Source of the DNA: Paraspadella gotoi | Taxonomy: Eukaryota > Animalia > Chaetognatha | Length of the DNA stretch: 64,000 nucleotides | Direction of reading: 5' to 3' | NCBI GenBank assembly: GCA_051294375.1 | Contig: CM119269.1 | Span: 15,938,455 to 16,002,454, forward strand | The notes under the pieces: generated by a model | What the model was told of the DNA's origin: nothing | The model's input: the letters and a program-made list of their open reading frames with translations, nothing else | Databases searched by the model: none | Part shown: positions 26,392-40,142 of the stretch, piece by piece | Layout: each line of letters opens with the position of its first letter | How positions within the stretch are numbered: the first letter of the stretch is position 1 | Made by a program: the position numbers and the translations under genes

Positions 26392-27843
26392 GGCGCCCGA
26401 ATATATATTGTGAAAAAAATAGCATCTTTAGTAAGGCGTAGAGCTTTTATAATTATATGTGGGTTTATGAGAGCTGGAGTCGAATCTACGTAGTGACTTT
26501 TATAAGTCTATACGACCGGTTTGGCTTTGAAGCTTGGACATTGCGACCAAGAGATTATTAGAAAAATTAATAATGTTAATAATGATCTTATTTTTTCGTT
26601 TATTCATATAATGTACTAAATATCATCATCTTTGTTTATATGTACAAAAACAAAAGCAAAGAGTTAGTAATTCTGTTCGTATTACTGCACACTAGTGCAT
26701 ATTATTGCACAACGATGGTGTTATAAAAGATTAAGCGTTTTTTCAGTGATCGCTCTTTCCCTATTTTTTGCTCTGCCCTTTTCCCAAATACCCTTAACTT
26801 TCAAATGTTCTTCTCCTTTTCCCTTATTAACGATTTAACGTCCCCTTCTTTTCCCTTCTCCTTTTTCCTTTTTTATTCCCTCGTTTTCCCTCCTTAACCC
26901 TTTTCCCTTCTCCTTTCTCCTTTTTTTTTCCCCTCGGGGTTTTTGACTTTTGATCGAAAATTGCGGGGCATCGACTTCGTCCCCCGAGAGGAGGACTATT
27001 TTCCGCTTCGGCGATCGGCCGCCCCGAAAAAAAAAACCGCCGAATGATTGCCCACCAAGCAAGCAGCGAGCAAGCCTTCGTCGTTGAACGAGATTGCCTA
27101 CCCGTCCGAATGAAAGACTGGATTTTTAAATCCATTTCACAAATTTAAAAAGAAAATGGCTAAATTGAAACTTGCTTGCTTGGTTTATGGATTGTAGATT
27201 TTTGTGATGATGAGCAGACATTTAAATTGAAATTATTTCTTGACGAATACAGGTTAATCTCCACATTATACATTTTTCCAACAACAACAGCAACAGCGAA
27301 TAAAAACAACAATCAACATAAACATTAACAACAACTGCATACATCCGCCTCTTTAATCAAAGGCGGAGAGGTAATCGTCCGTCGCCCGATTTTGATCTAC
27401 ATCATCGAATCGACGTTCGATCCCTAATCCCTTCGGCCTCTCATTGGCTCGTTATTTCGTGTTCGTCGTTTCTATTGGTAGAAATTGGACGCCGTCGATG
27501 ATTGGGCGATCGTTGATTGGTCGAGCAGAAGTAACTCCCACCCCCCACGTCCTCGGGCGCAGCGGCGACATCTTGACAAATGAGTCGAGAGAGAGAGAGA
27601 GCGGACGTCGAAAACCGTGAATGCGTCGAGGGGGGGGGGATTTGTTGTTGTTATTGTTGTTGTTGTGAATCAATGACGACGACGAGTTATTGTAGATTAT
27701 CGTGAATTATTGTAAGTTATGAGAAGAGAGTAGAAAATGGACTAAAAGTGAGAAAGATCTTTTGGTCCACATTATGCAATATTTGGAGAGGGAGAGCAGA
27801 GAGGAGAGAGAGAGAAAGAGAGAGAAGACGAGAGAGAGAGTAG

Positions 27844-27875
<32 letters not shown>

Positions 27876-27984
27876 GAGAAGAGAGAGATGAGAGAGCAAA
27901 CTGCAAGGGTCTCAGTTTTTAAGTCCTTCTCCGCTTCCGCTGGTCAAACATGATAATGGAGAGAGAAAGAGAACGAGAGAGAAT

Positions 27985-28039
<55 letters not shown>

Positions 28040-28414
28040 AAGATTATAGAGAATAAAGACGAAGATTAAGTCAACCTTCATTTTCTATTTCCTTCTTTTC
28101 TTTATTTTTTTTTTTGCTCTCTAACGACGGATCGAGTCACAGTCTCACAGACTCACACATCACAGACTCTCACATATTCTCGAAAAAAGTCACATTATCA
28201 TTACGCGTAACGACGAGGGCCGATTTGGATGGAGGAAGGTACGGAGAGAAGGGACTGAAGACGATTTCCGGGCGGGCGGGCGGGCGGGAGGCGAGCGGAA
28301 GGCGAGACGCTTATCTCCTAAGACTCGAGGACCTCTCTCGGTCGTAACCTCGTGAAACAAATAAAACTCGAAAAAGAAAATTAGAGGAGATAAGTTTTTT
28401 AAGTGCCAACTCTG

Positions 28415-28454
<40 letters not shown>

Positions 28455-28602
28455 NNNNNNNNNNNNNNNNNNNNNNNNNNCTCACTCTTCTCTCTCATCT
28501 CTCTCTCTCTCTTCTCTCCTCTCTCTCTATTCTTACTTTCTTGGGGAGTAAAAAAAAATATTAGGAGAAGTTGTCCGATAAACTATTTCATTTTAGAGTT
28601 CA

Positions 28603-28644
<42 letters not shown>

Positions 28645-28899
28645 GGGAGAGTAAAAAAATTAGGGAAGTGTCGTAAACTTTCTTTTTAGAGTTTCAACTT
28701 CTTTATTGTTTTATCTTCATTATCTTAATCCTAATATATCTACCGGAAAATAAGAAATAGGAGGAAGAAATTAGTAGTATATATAGTCTATATTTTGAGC
28801 TCAGCGCATCCCTCGCTTTTTAGACCTTATTTTTATTTTATCTTTGCCTTTACCTTTCGTCTTTTTTTCCACGTTCTCTCCCTCTCTCTCTCTCTCTCT

Positions 28900-28932
<33 letters not shown>

Positions 28933-29801
28933 CACCCCCACCAAATTCCTTCACTCCCTTTTCCCTTCACCCCCGAAATTCCATCCCTTCCCTTTCAACT
29001 CGATCCCCTAACTGCCTCACCCCCCTGTGAGTTTTTTTTCTCCCCGATGGCGGCTTCATTTATTCTAATCACTCTTGGCCGGGTTATGAGCTCCATGAAG
29101 GAAGAGCCGCTGCGACGAGGGAAGGGCTGATTAGGGAAGGAAGGGCCGGTTGGGTTAGGGAAGGGCTGATGAGGGAAGGAAGGGCCAGTTATTGGAGTTA
29201 GGCTGGGAGGATGTGGAAAAAAGGAAATTGGTGCCGGTTGGGTCTAGGGAGGGCTGATGATGGATAGGATTATTGTGGCCTGGTTGGATTAGGAACGTGG
29301 CTGTTAGGGAAGGAAGGTCAGGCTCAACGAGGAAAGGGCAGATTCGCGAGGAAAGGGCAAGTGACACGGAGTAAGGCTTTTTAAGAATAAAGGGCAAGTT
29401 AATCGAACACAAGGACTGATTCTTTGAAACATTGACAGAGCAAAAAAGGGGAAGCTTTAAGGAAGAATAAGCGAACAGAGGTACATTTCAACAAGGAGCC
29501 TTTGAAAAATAAAAGTGCCCGTTGCTCAAAAGCCGAATCCAAAGAAGTAAGATCCGGTTCCAGGAGGTAAGGGCAGTGTGAGGGTGCGATTAGTGAAAAA
29601 GAAAAACTCACTCTTCATCGTGAAAGCGAATTGGGGAAAACGCGGAGGAATCTTTGGAGACGCTGGAGAAGGGTAGTTCCAGGGGGGGGAGAGGGTGGGG
29701 GGGGGTAGGGGGGTAGGGGGTGAATCGAGGTTTGATGATACGCGGGTTGGAGGGTAAACGGTTCGAGGAAGAATTTAAACGACGAAGGAGTTAGAATCGT
29801 T

Positions 29802-30058
29802 AATCGAGAAGGAAATGAGGAAAAGGAAGATATAATCGAGAAGGAAATGAGGAAAAGGAAAATATAATCAAGAAGGAAATGAGGAAAAGGAAAATATAAT
29901 CGAGAAGGAAATGAGGAAAAGGAAAATATAATCGAGAAGGAAATGAGGAAAAGGAAGATATAATCGAGAAGGAAATGAGGAAAAGGAAAATATATTCGAA
30001 AAGGAAATTAGGAAAAGGAAAATATAATCGAGAAGGAAATGAGGAAAAGGAAAATATA
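29802..30058 (+). repeat. 32-bp minisatellite, about 8 copies
   Basis: Unit AATCGAGAAGGAAATGAGGAAAAGGAA(A/G)ATAT. Confidence 0.9.
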
Positions 30059-30932
30059 AAGAGGGAATTGGGTAGGAAAGAAAATTAGATGAGAGCAAAT
30101 GAATGTAACGAACTTGTTGACATAACAGTAGATTACAGTATATAATAGGCAACATAACTTAATTCTGTGTTCAGGAAAATCTAACGAAGTAGATAGTTTG
30201 GCCTTCACTAATATCTTTACTTAATGTGAGAAATTTTTCACCTCCGCCGCTTTTTATATTTGGAATAAAGCAGCCGAGTTACCCTTCCTACTTATTTTCC
30301 CCTTTTTTCCCAAATTTTACCCTTTTCACCTCTTCTCCCCATCTCTCCGTCAACCGTTTCACCGCTCTTGCCAATCACTCACGGGGTTACAACGTGACAC
30401 AACGAGGACACAATGGGACACAATGGCTTACAATGGGTTAGGATGAGACTCGGGTAATCGGCGCCTCTTTTTCGGTGAACCGTGACGTCCAATACGACTA
30501 CGGGTGAATCGGGAGAGAGGGAGGGAGGAGGGAGGGAGAGGGCGAGGGAGGGGGGGAGGAAGAGAGGGAGGAGGTGGAGGAAAGGTGGATGGACTGGGCG
30601 GAGAGGGATTAGGGAGAGAGGGAAAGAGGGAGGGAGTTGGAATTTTTAAAGAGGAAGTTAAAAAGGTAGTAAAGTGTATTATTTTTCATGAGGTTTTTTG
30701 ATAATTTATTATCATATCATTAATCACATTCTACACTTCGTCCTTACTTTTCTTTTCCTGATTTCTACTTCCTCCCCCTCCCTTTCCATCCTCCTATCTT
30801 CATTCTTCCTCCCATTCGTCTTCACTCGAACATCCAACCAAAAAAAAAAAACCGATCAGCTCCACGGACCAGCGAACACTAAATTGACGGTTCATACTGT
30901 GCAGTGATTACTGCCCATTTTTTCGTGGTGTT

Positions 30933-31003
<71 letters not shown>

Positions 31004-32468
31004 CCCTCTCCCGAAAAAAAACCAATCCTCCATGGTCGCCCCCCCTAATCACCGTTGAGCGCTCGCACGCTTCGTTGGATACTCATTGTATTTTTACATT
31101 TGGGAAAACGAGGGAAATCGTCGGCAATGGGATTGTGGTTTTTTTCTTGGGTTTGGGGAGAGGGAGAGAGGGAGAGAGAGACAGAGAGATAGAGAGACAG
31201 AGAGACAGAGAGAGAGAGGGTTTCCAACTTTGACAATTGGCCTTGTCGCGGAACGAAAATGGGTGACGAGACTCGAAAGGTTCTGCAGCGGGATTGCGGA
31301 ATACATGCAGCGAAAGATAACAGAAAAAAATACTTAGCCTACAATATCTAACAGTTATAATATTCAGTTTTTTAATTTGTTAACCCTCCATCAATTCGTC
31401 CCGCAACGAAAAATTGTTGCGATTTCTCTTCTCTCCATCTCTGTTTCTCTTACAGAGAGAAACCCAGTTTGTTGACAAAAACAAAGTAAACTTACAAACG
31501 AGACTCAACAAACAAAACATAATTCCGTTCGCCCTCTTCTGTNNNNNNNNNNNNNNNNNNNNNNNNNNNNNNNNNNNNNNNNNNNNNNNNNNNNNNNNNN
31601 NNNNNNNNNNNNNNNNNNNNNNNNNNNNNNNNNNNNNNNNNNNNNNNNNNNNNNNNNNNNNNNNNNNNNNNNNNNNNNNNNNNNNNNNNNNNNNNNNNNN
31701 NNNNNNNNNNNNNNNNNNNNNNNNNNNNNNNNNNNNNNNNNNNNNNTCTCTCTCTCGATTACATCATAATAAAGAAGCGTCCCTACAAAAACAAGAGATG
31801 GGAAGAGAGAGAGAGAGAGAAACCAAACACCCAAACGACCTAATCCCTTCCATTCGGTGGTCAAAGATGAGGGCGGCGGCGGCGGCAGCAGCGGCAGCGA
31901 GCCGCGGCGAGCGTGATTGACGCCAGTGGGTCGCGGGGGTCGTTGCTAAGCGGCTCTTGTTTCGCCACCCCGTTGCCGAAGGGGGGTGACTGTGGCGAGG
32001 TTGGGGGCAGAGGGCGCTGGGGGTTAAACTGTGCGGGGGAAGGCGAAGAGACAGGGGTGGTTGAGGGGGTGAAGGAAGAATGAGAAATCTGGGGGGGGGG
32101 TCGATGAAGTTAAATATTGGGGTAAAGGTTTGAGTGGAAAATAATGAAGGACCCAGGTTGAATCGCTGAGAATGAAATGAGGGGAAATTCATGGCGGCTG
32201 ATTTAAAGCTAAATGCATCGTTGAGATTAGCAATGTCATAAATTATCAATTAATGACATCTTTTTTTGCGATTTTGGATGTGGTCAAGATCTATCGCGAG
32301 TGTCGAAAGTCAATTAGTTGATTGCAGTGATGTGATCGAAAGAGTTGAGAGGGTGAATGTGAATTCGTGAATCCAGTTTTTTTTTAATCTTCGTTGACGT
32401 CAGTGAGCAATTTCTCATTTATTCGAAATCAGACTAATCATAATCGGCATGATCAATTAATCACCATG

Positions 32469-32500
<32 letters not shown>

Positions 32501-33345
32501 CATCATCATCATCATCATCATCATAATCATCGGTTTCGTCGTCGTCGTCATCGATATCATCGTCGTCGTCGTCGTCGTCGTCGAAACTAACTCGTTCCAT
32601 CTAACGACCCTTTTAAATGTGAGAAAAATAATTAATAATTTTTTTTGGGCGACGAATAATAAAACTTAATGACATTAATTAGTTCGGAGAAAGAAAGTCT
32701 TTCAATATCGGAAGCGATGGAGTCTCGTCCGAACTTCGCCAACAGAATTACATCCGGAATCCGGATGCGGAATACAGAATTCATTTCAATTCGTTTGAAT
32801 TTATGTCAAGTTTTGTTTTGTTTTTCAATAAATAAACCAGGCAACGTTATAAAACTCGTTTCTAAATGATATTTGGATAAGTCATTTATTACGTTTTGAG
32901 ATCAGAAACGTTTTTTATGAGTTTATTTCAAATTATTAGAGTTTAGTTTTAAGGCTCATCTATCAACTCAAAATCGAGAAAAAAATTCAAAACTAATTCT
33001 TTTTTCGGCGAAGGAGTGTGACGAGTTGAGAGTTGGTGAATTGGCCAGCAGAACTCCATACCGGTCTTTTTTTTTTTAACTCTCCCTCGTTGGCCCATAG
33101 ATCAACATCTCGCTCTCTCTCTTTCTCTATCTCGAAATGAGTCCGGAATAAAAACTCCTCCTCGAGCGCCGCCTCCCCTTAAACCCCCCCCNNNNNNNNN
33201 NNNNNNNNNNNNNNNNNNNNNNNNNNNNNNNNNNNNNNNNNNNNNNNNNNNNNNNNNNNNNNNNNNNNNNNNNNNNNNNNNNNNNNNNNNNNNNNNNNNN
33301 NNNNNNNNNNNNNNNNNNNNNNNNNNNNNNNNNNNNNNNNNNNNN

Positions 33346-33380
<35 letters not shown>

Positions 33381-36075
33381 CTCCTTTTCGCGAACTGGAA
33401 CGCAATCTCTTCCAATAAAATATTCACGATTCCCGTGGGGATTTTAAAAACGCTCCTCTCGATATCGTCTTGGTCGTCGTCTTGGTCGTCGTCGTTGTTG
33501 TCGTCGTCGTCTTTGTCTAAATCTTCTTCATCAGCGGCGACGACTTCGTCTTTGAGTTCATCTTTGTACAAAGATTTATCACGAATTGTTTTATCACATA
33601 TGTTTTTATTTCTTTTTTATCCTTTATCATGTGTTTTTTTTATTTTAATTTTTTCCTACATTTTCTCTAAGCGTTCTCCATTTTCTAACTCTTTCCTACC
33701 TTTTTCATCTAATTTTACCTCTTTCTCCTCCTTAACATTTTCCATTTTCTATCTGTCTCTTCTTCTCTTCCTTCATCTCCTCCCTAACCTCATTTTTTTC
33801 CCCTTTCTTTCTCTCTTTCTTTCCTCTCTTTCCTCCCTTTCCTTTTTTTATCTTCCTGACACTCGGAGATGACGAAATTGCGACGATCGAGCGAAAGGAG
33901 AGAGAAGCGGCGGCGGAGATGAGGAGGTAAGGTCGAGGAGGAGAAACAGAGAAAGCCAATCGAGAATGAAGGTGAGGTTAAAAAAAAAAAAAATAAACGG
34001 ATTGGGAAAAGCACTTTTGAAATAAATGGTTGGATTCCTCTCCCGTGAATCCGACTCGTGAACCTTTTTTGCTTCGTCAAAATTATCATTCACATTAGAC
34101 TTTTTCTCCCAGGGTGAGGAGTCAAACTTTAACTCGGTTTTTAACTTTCACTTCGCCGATCACGCTGGCATATTTTCACCTCCTCACGACTCTTAACCTT
34201 TTAGAGTTTTCACTTCACCAATTTCACACTTGAGACTTTCACACTCCAGAGATTCACTCTATCTGCCGAGGTCATGAACTCGAGCCTCTTCTTAATTCGC
34301 CATGCGCGTGTTCCGATAATCCTCGTACTTCACTTGGCCTTGTTTTCGGTCTGTCTCTGTCTCTATCTTTTTCTCTGTCTCACTCTTTCTTTTAGACCCG
34401 AGGATTTTCCGTCAACGAAGTAGAATCGAAGGTCGACAGGAAATTGGGTGAAGCAACGTGGAGAGCGACAACAACAACAACGAGGACGATGACGATGACA
34501 ACGACGACTGTTATAGCGACGACAATTATGAGAAAGTAGAAGAAGTTAGACTTGATGACAAAACAGAAGACAAATACGATAAGAATGACAATGAAGACAA
34601 GATTATTGAAGACAGCATTAAGACAAAATTTTAATCGCTAAATATTGTTTAACGTTGAAATTATTACATAGAATCTTTATGGCATCAACTCCATCCGAAA
34701 AAAAAAAAACACAAACAGCAGATGACAAAAACGGACGACGACTAAGACGATAACAACAACGACGACAACGAAAGTGCTCTACCGGAAATTGGCGACGGGA
34801 CCCGGGTTCCAAGCCTCACATATTTTTGCGAAAGATAACAAGCAACGACAACGCGGACGAGAACAACAACGACGACGACGACGACGACAACAAAAGGAAG
34901 AGTTGCAAAGAGGCCGCCGCTGCCGCCCTCGCTACCCCCGCCGCCGCCGCCACCGCCGAACTAAATGTAGGCCGCAAAAAAGACGCAATGGATGAAGAGA
35001 AGAAGAGGTTAAGATGAGACTGAGATCGATGGAACCGTCAGATGGGTGAGGTTGACTCACCCGAGTTTGGTAAGATTATCGTTCTCACGAAAAGCGGAAG
35101 TCAAGAAATAGAATCTAGAAACAAAAACGAAAATTAAAACGGATTTACAATCAATGCACAATCATTCAATCAATTACTATTTTTTCCCTCTTCCAAAAGA
35201 AGCCCACCCTAATCCCGTGAGAACCCGTCACCGAGTTTCGATTCCATCCCTAATTCCGCCCTACAATCGGTAACAACTGTTCGATCTCCGTTTTGTCGGT
35301 TCTCCCTCCTTTCCTCTTTCCGCCTCCCTCGTTGGGCCCTTTGGCTCGCAGTCCTCGTCGCCAAATCCTCGACTCCCCATCCCCGCACACTCGACCCGCC
35401 CTCCCACCCCTCCACCTTCCGGCTCCTAAAAAGCAACGGACTCCCTTCGACGCAATTAGCGATCAAGAAGTCGGGGGGCCGACGCCCGAAGATCGACGTC
35501 GCGATGGAAGGAAGTTCGATTCGGCCAATCGGAGACGACGCGAGCTCTGGTTCCTCCAATCAGCGAAGGGATAACTTCCTATTGTAAACGGCAGTTAACA
35601 ATAAGAAGCTTAAAAAAAAAAAAAAAACGTAATTTTTCGTACAGAGTTTTGTACAATCTACATTTCTCAAATGACAGACTGCGAAGTTTATCAAAAATAC
35701 TCTCAATCGCTCTTCTTCTTACAATTAAATCCAGCTTCCGCCTCATTGTAATCGAGCGACCTCGTCCAATCGCGCGTTGGATTACTCGCTCCCGTTGGAC
35801 CAATCAGCGATCGCCGCGTCACCGACCAATCGTCGAGCGGCGGCGGCAAAAAAATGTAATCGAGATACAATGTCGAGATCGCTCTCGGACTCTCGAGGGA
35901 TTTGCTTCGCTCTCCATCGCTTTTCGACGGGAAAAGATGAAGGGGAAGGGGAGAGGAAGTGTATATGGGCAGTGGGGGGAAAAATGGGCGAAAGAGTTAG
36001 GGGTGTTTGAGCGTATTGGGGGGGGGAAAGGGTTGGAGGAACGAAGGTGGATAAGTCAATCGGAAGATGAAAGAA

Positions 36076-36198
36076 GACAAGTAAGGGGAAAGTCGGTGAG
36101 AAAGTTTAGGGGACAAGTAAGGGGACAAAAACGGGGAAAGTCGGTGAGAAAGTTTAGGGGACAAGTAAGGGGACAAAAACGGGGAAAGTCGGTGAGAA
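36076..36198 (+). repeat. 48-bp tandem repeat built from 12-bp subunits, about 2.5 copies
   Basis: GGGGAAAGTCGGTGAGAAAGTTTAGGGGACAAGTAAGGGGACAAAAAC repeated. Confidence 0.85.
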
Positions 36199-37834
36199 AT
36201 ATCGGTCACAGAGCCAGAACAGAGAGGATGTTACGAGGGGAGGTCGGGGTGAAAATTCGGGGGTGAGGTCCCGCGAACACTGAACAATGTAGGTGGGATA
36301 TGGCGGTTGAGATGGAAATGGCTTCAATTGGTTCCTTCCTCCAAAAAATTATTTTGTCTAACTAAAAGGAAATATTACGTACGTTGAAATCCAACATTAA
36401 AATTCTTCCGTGGATAATTTTGAATTTTCCATTATACATTAAATAATTTGGATAAATTTTACTTTTTTATAGGTTCATGATAGTTGTATTCATCATTTAC
36501 TTCCAGTGCGGCAGAATGAAATGAACTCTTTAATCCACTTTTCTCTCTCTCAAGTTCAAGTTAATAAAATCATTGAACCAAAAAGGAGAAAATAAACAAG
36601 AAATAAAACTGTGGGAATTCTGTAAAGAAGGTGAGGATAATCCTTGGCACTAATCCGCTTATTTCTCCCCGAACCATTTTTCGCCGCCGCCGACTTTCAA
36701 TCCTCTATCCTTCTCCTCTCTTTTCCCCCTATCCTCCTCTCTCAATTCCTATTCTCCCATTCTATCCTACCCCTTCCTTCACCCCCCCCAATTTTATTTC
36801 TCGAGTGGAATCAACGACGGGAAAAAAAAAATCTCGCTCCACAATTTCACGGTTTTTATCGTTTGACCCAAATTTTTTAAAAAATAATAAAAAAGAAAAA
36901 TATCGAAGAATAAAAGGAGAAAAATCAAATCGGATAAGAATCTATTTATTATCTTCGTTGCCCGCCCTTCGATCGTTTGGGCCGGTTGTATATCCTGCCG
37001 CCGTTCCTCCTCCTCCCCCTCTTCCTCCTCCTCCTCCTCTTCACTTTGATTCCATCCGAGTATCAAATCCAAATCACAGCCTCGGGCGACGACCGGAATC
37101 AAAGAGCGAATCACGATCTTCATCGATGCCTGTGATTCGATGACGACGACGACGACGACGACGAAAAAATTGACGATCACAACGCGACGACGACGACAAA
37201 GAAAAAAAAAACCGAGAAAATATTTTAAAAAACAAATACTTTGTATGATTATTTCTGAATAATATTTCGTTTCCCAATTCTTTTTCCTAATGTTAAGAAG
37301 TCTACGTAAAACGTAGAGAAATTGAGTTGAAATTTTAAAGTTGACAACCAGGATAATCAATACGAACTTTTACTGTTACATAGTTTAATTTCGATACGTA
37401 TTTGCAACTTGGAACTTTCGTAAGAGCGCAATAGTATACATTCTAAAACCTGGAAAAAAGTTACTTTGCCGCACCGTCATATTCCCAAAACATTAAAAAT
37501 ATTAAGTTTTATTAACTATACCTTGCCCTTTTTATCTTTACACCGTCGCATTATTTATTTGCCCTCACATTAACAACAGTTACGTGGGCGTCGTTTCCTA
37601 AACAGAAAATAAAAAAACAAAATTCTATTTCCCTGTTTTCTGTTATGTCTTTTTGTTTTGTTCTTTTTTTTTTAGTTATATTTCCAGATCCGAATTGTTT
37701 CAACGTTTGGGCCAATTGTTTACGACCGCATCCTTTCGGAGAAATCCGCCAGCGGCGTTGTTTCCTCTGTTTATCCGCCGCTTGTTCTTCTGTTTTCTTT
37801 CTTTCCCGCCGAGTCGCCTTTTGTTTTGGCCGCG

Positions 37835-37965
<131 letters not shown>

Positions 37966-38749
37966 GAGGGAGGAGAGGATCTGAGTTATCGCAATAGTTG
38001 TGTATCAGATAAAAGCCGAGGTCAGCAATAAATAGCCCTTTGGGCTGCCCGGCCACAAATACTTGGCCTTTAGCTTTATATTCTTCAAAAAACCGAAGAG
38101 AGGGACGGAAGTGGGAAGGGGAGGAAAGGAAAGTGGGGAATAGAGGAAAGGAAAAAAGAAAAGGAAAGAGAGAGAGAAGAGACTGGAAGAACGAAAGAGA
38201 AGCGTGGAGACTTTGAGTCGGAAGGATTTCGAAAGTTGGAGCCAAATTTAAAGAGAGAACGGCGGAAAAGCCCGGATGAGGATAAAAAACCCGGATGCGA
38301 TTCCCGCAACAAAAAACGGAAAAAACTTTGCTCGAATTGTTTAAGTTTTAGTTCCTTCTATTCCAGAGAATTTCCTTTAGAAACTTGATTATTGTTTAAT
38401 TATTTTGAATCCGTGTTTCCAAAGACAAGTATACTGTAAGAGCTATCGGTCATTTCATTATAGGATATTAACAAGTATTTAGACAAAGAAACGGACCTGC
38501 CATGTTGCTGGAATGTGAAATTAATAAAATATGTTCTTCCTCCCAGATTACGCAACGCTTAAAATACTGACTGCACAACTCTTACCTCTTCATCCCCTCT
38601 TTAGAACTTACCTTCGACGCAATGAGACAATAATTTTTCCTTACCTTTCCCAGTTTTTATTTTCTCGTTTCTCTCCATTCATATTTATCGTTTCTATTTC
38701 TCTCGTTTCTCCTTCGAAAGGCCGATTTGTTTTACGGATCTTTCTCTCT

Positions 38750-38849
<100 letters not shown>

Positions 38850-39339
38850 GCATCACAGGGATCAAGGAAACATTAATTGGATATCCCCAACAAGGAACCA
38901 ACCGTATTGTATAAAAATTCGCGAAACAGACAAACAAAAACGGAATATAATAGTAAAGAACAAATCGAAATGAAATAAATTTTAATACTTAATACTTCCT
39001 TCGTCTTGACAATTTTTATTTTATTTCCTATTACTTTTTTTCCTCAGTTGTTGCTTCTCCTATATTCTTCAAGCTGTTTTGGTACGAACAAAACACACAA
39101 ACCCAATTACATACACGTTAGCACACAAGCGCACACATACACTCAAACGATCACACTCACGCTCGCATACACACCCACATCTTTCTTCAGTATACTTCCT
39201 CACTTTATTTCATTTTTTTTAAAGATCTCTTCTTTCCATTGATTTTTTCCTTTAGCCCTCTTCTATTTCGGAAATAACTCTATACTTTTCCTCTTGAATG
39301 CTCCTCGCCTATTTTCCTTTCCTCTCTTTTTCTCCTTCC

Positions 39340-39742
39340 TCCCTTTTCATTCCTCCTTTCCTCCCTTCTCCTTCCTCCCTTCTCATTCCTCCTTTCTTCT
39401 CTTTTCATTCTCCTTCCCTCCCTTCTCTTTCCTCCTTTCCTCCTTCTCATTCCTTCCTTTCCTCCCTTCTCCTTCCTCTCTTTTCAATTCCTTCCTTTCC
39501 TCCCTTCTCATTCCTTACTTTCTCCCTTCTCATTCCTCCTTTCTCCTTCCCTTCTCATTTCCTCCTTTCCTTCCTTCTCATTCCTCCTTTTCGCCTCGCT
39601 TCTCCTTTCCTCCTCTTTCCTCATTCCTCCTTTCCTCCCTTCTCATTTCTCCTTTCCCTCCCTTCTCATTCCTCTTTTCCTCCTTCATCATTCTCCTTTC
39701 CTCCCTTCTCATTCCTCCTTTCCTCCCTTCTCATTCCCCTCT
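39340..39742 (+). repeat. Pyrimidine-rich degenerate minisatellite
   Basis: Recurring TCTCATTCCTCCTTTCCTCCCT unit. Confidence 0.8.
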
Positions 39743-40035
39743 TCCATGGTCTCCATCGATCATTAGTTTTCGCTTCTCCCTTAACTTTTCATTGATAACG
39801 ATTAAGACGAAACTCTAAATGGAAACTTGTTTTATTCCGCTTCTCGGTTCGCAATAAAGATAGGAATAGATAGGACGAGAAGAGATAAGGAAAAGAAAAA
39901 GAGAAGTCATCGGAATCGGAGGAGGGAGGCGCTGGGGGGGAGAGATTTTGATCTCATTGAACTTGGAATTCCCCCGGAAGAGCCGAGCCTAAGCGGGCTG
40001 AGACAAAAGGAAACGACAAAAAAGAGACAAAGGGT

Positions 40036-40142
<107 letters not shown>

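Noticed and set aside
26680-26725. miR-92-like seed TATTGCAC
   Set aside because: The rest of the mature sequence does not match and no precursor hairpin is evident.
29802-30058. CRISPR-like periodicity (32 bp)
   Set aside because: Head-to-tail units without unique spacers, in a eukaryotic context; a minisatellite.
34390-35070. Possible coding exons with D/N-rich and poly-A segments
   Set aside because: Low-complexity triplet repeats, frequent stops and no consistent frame between acceptor and donor.
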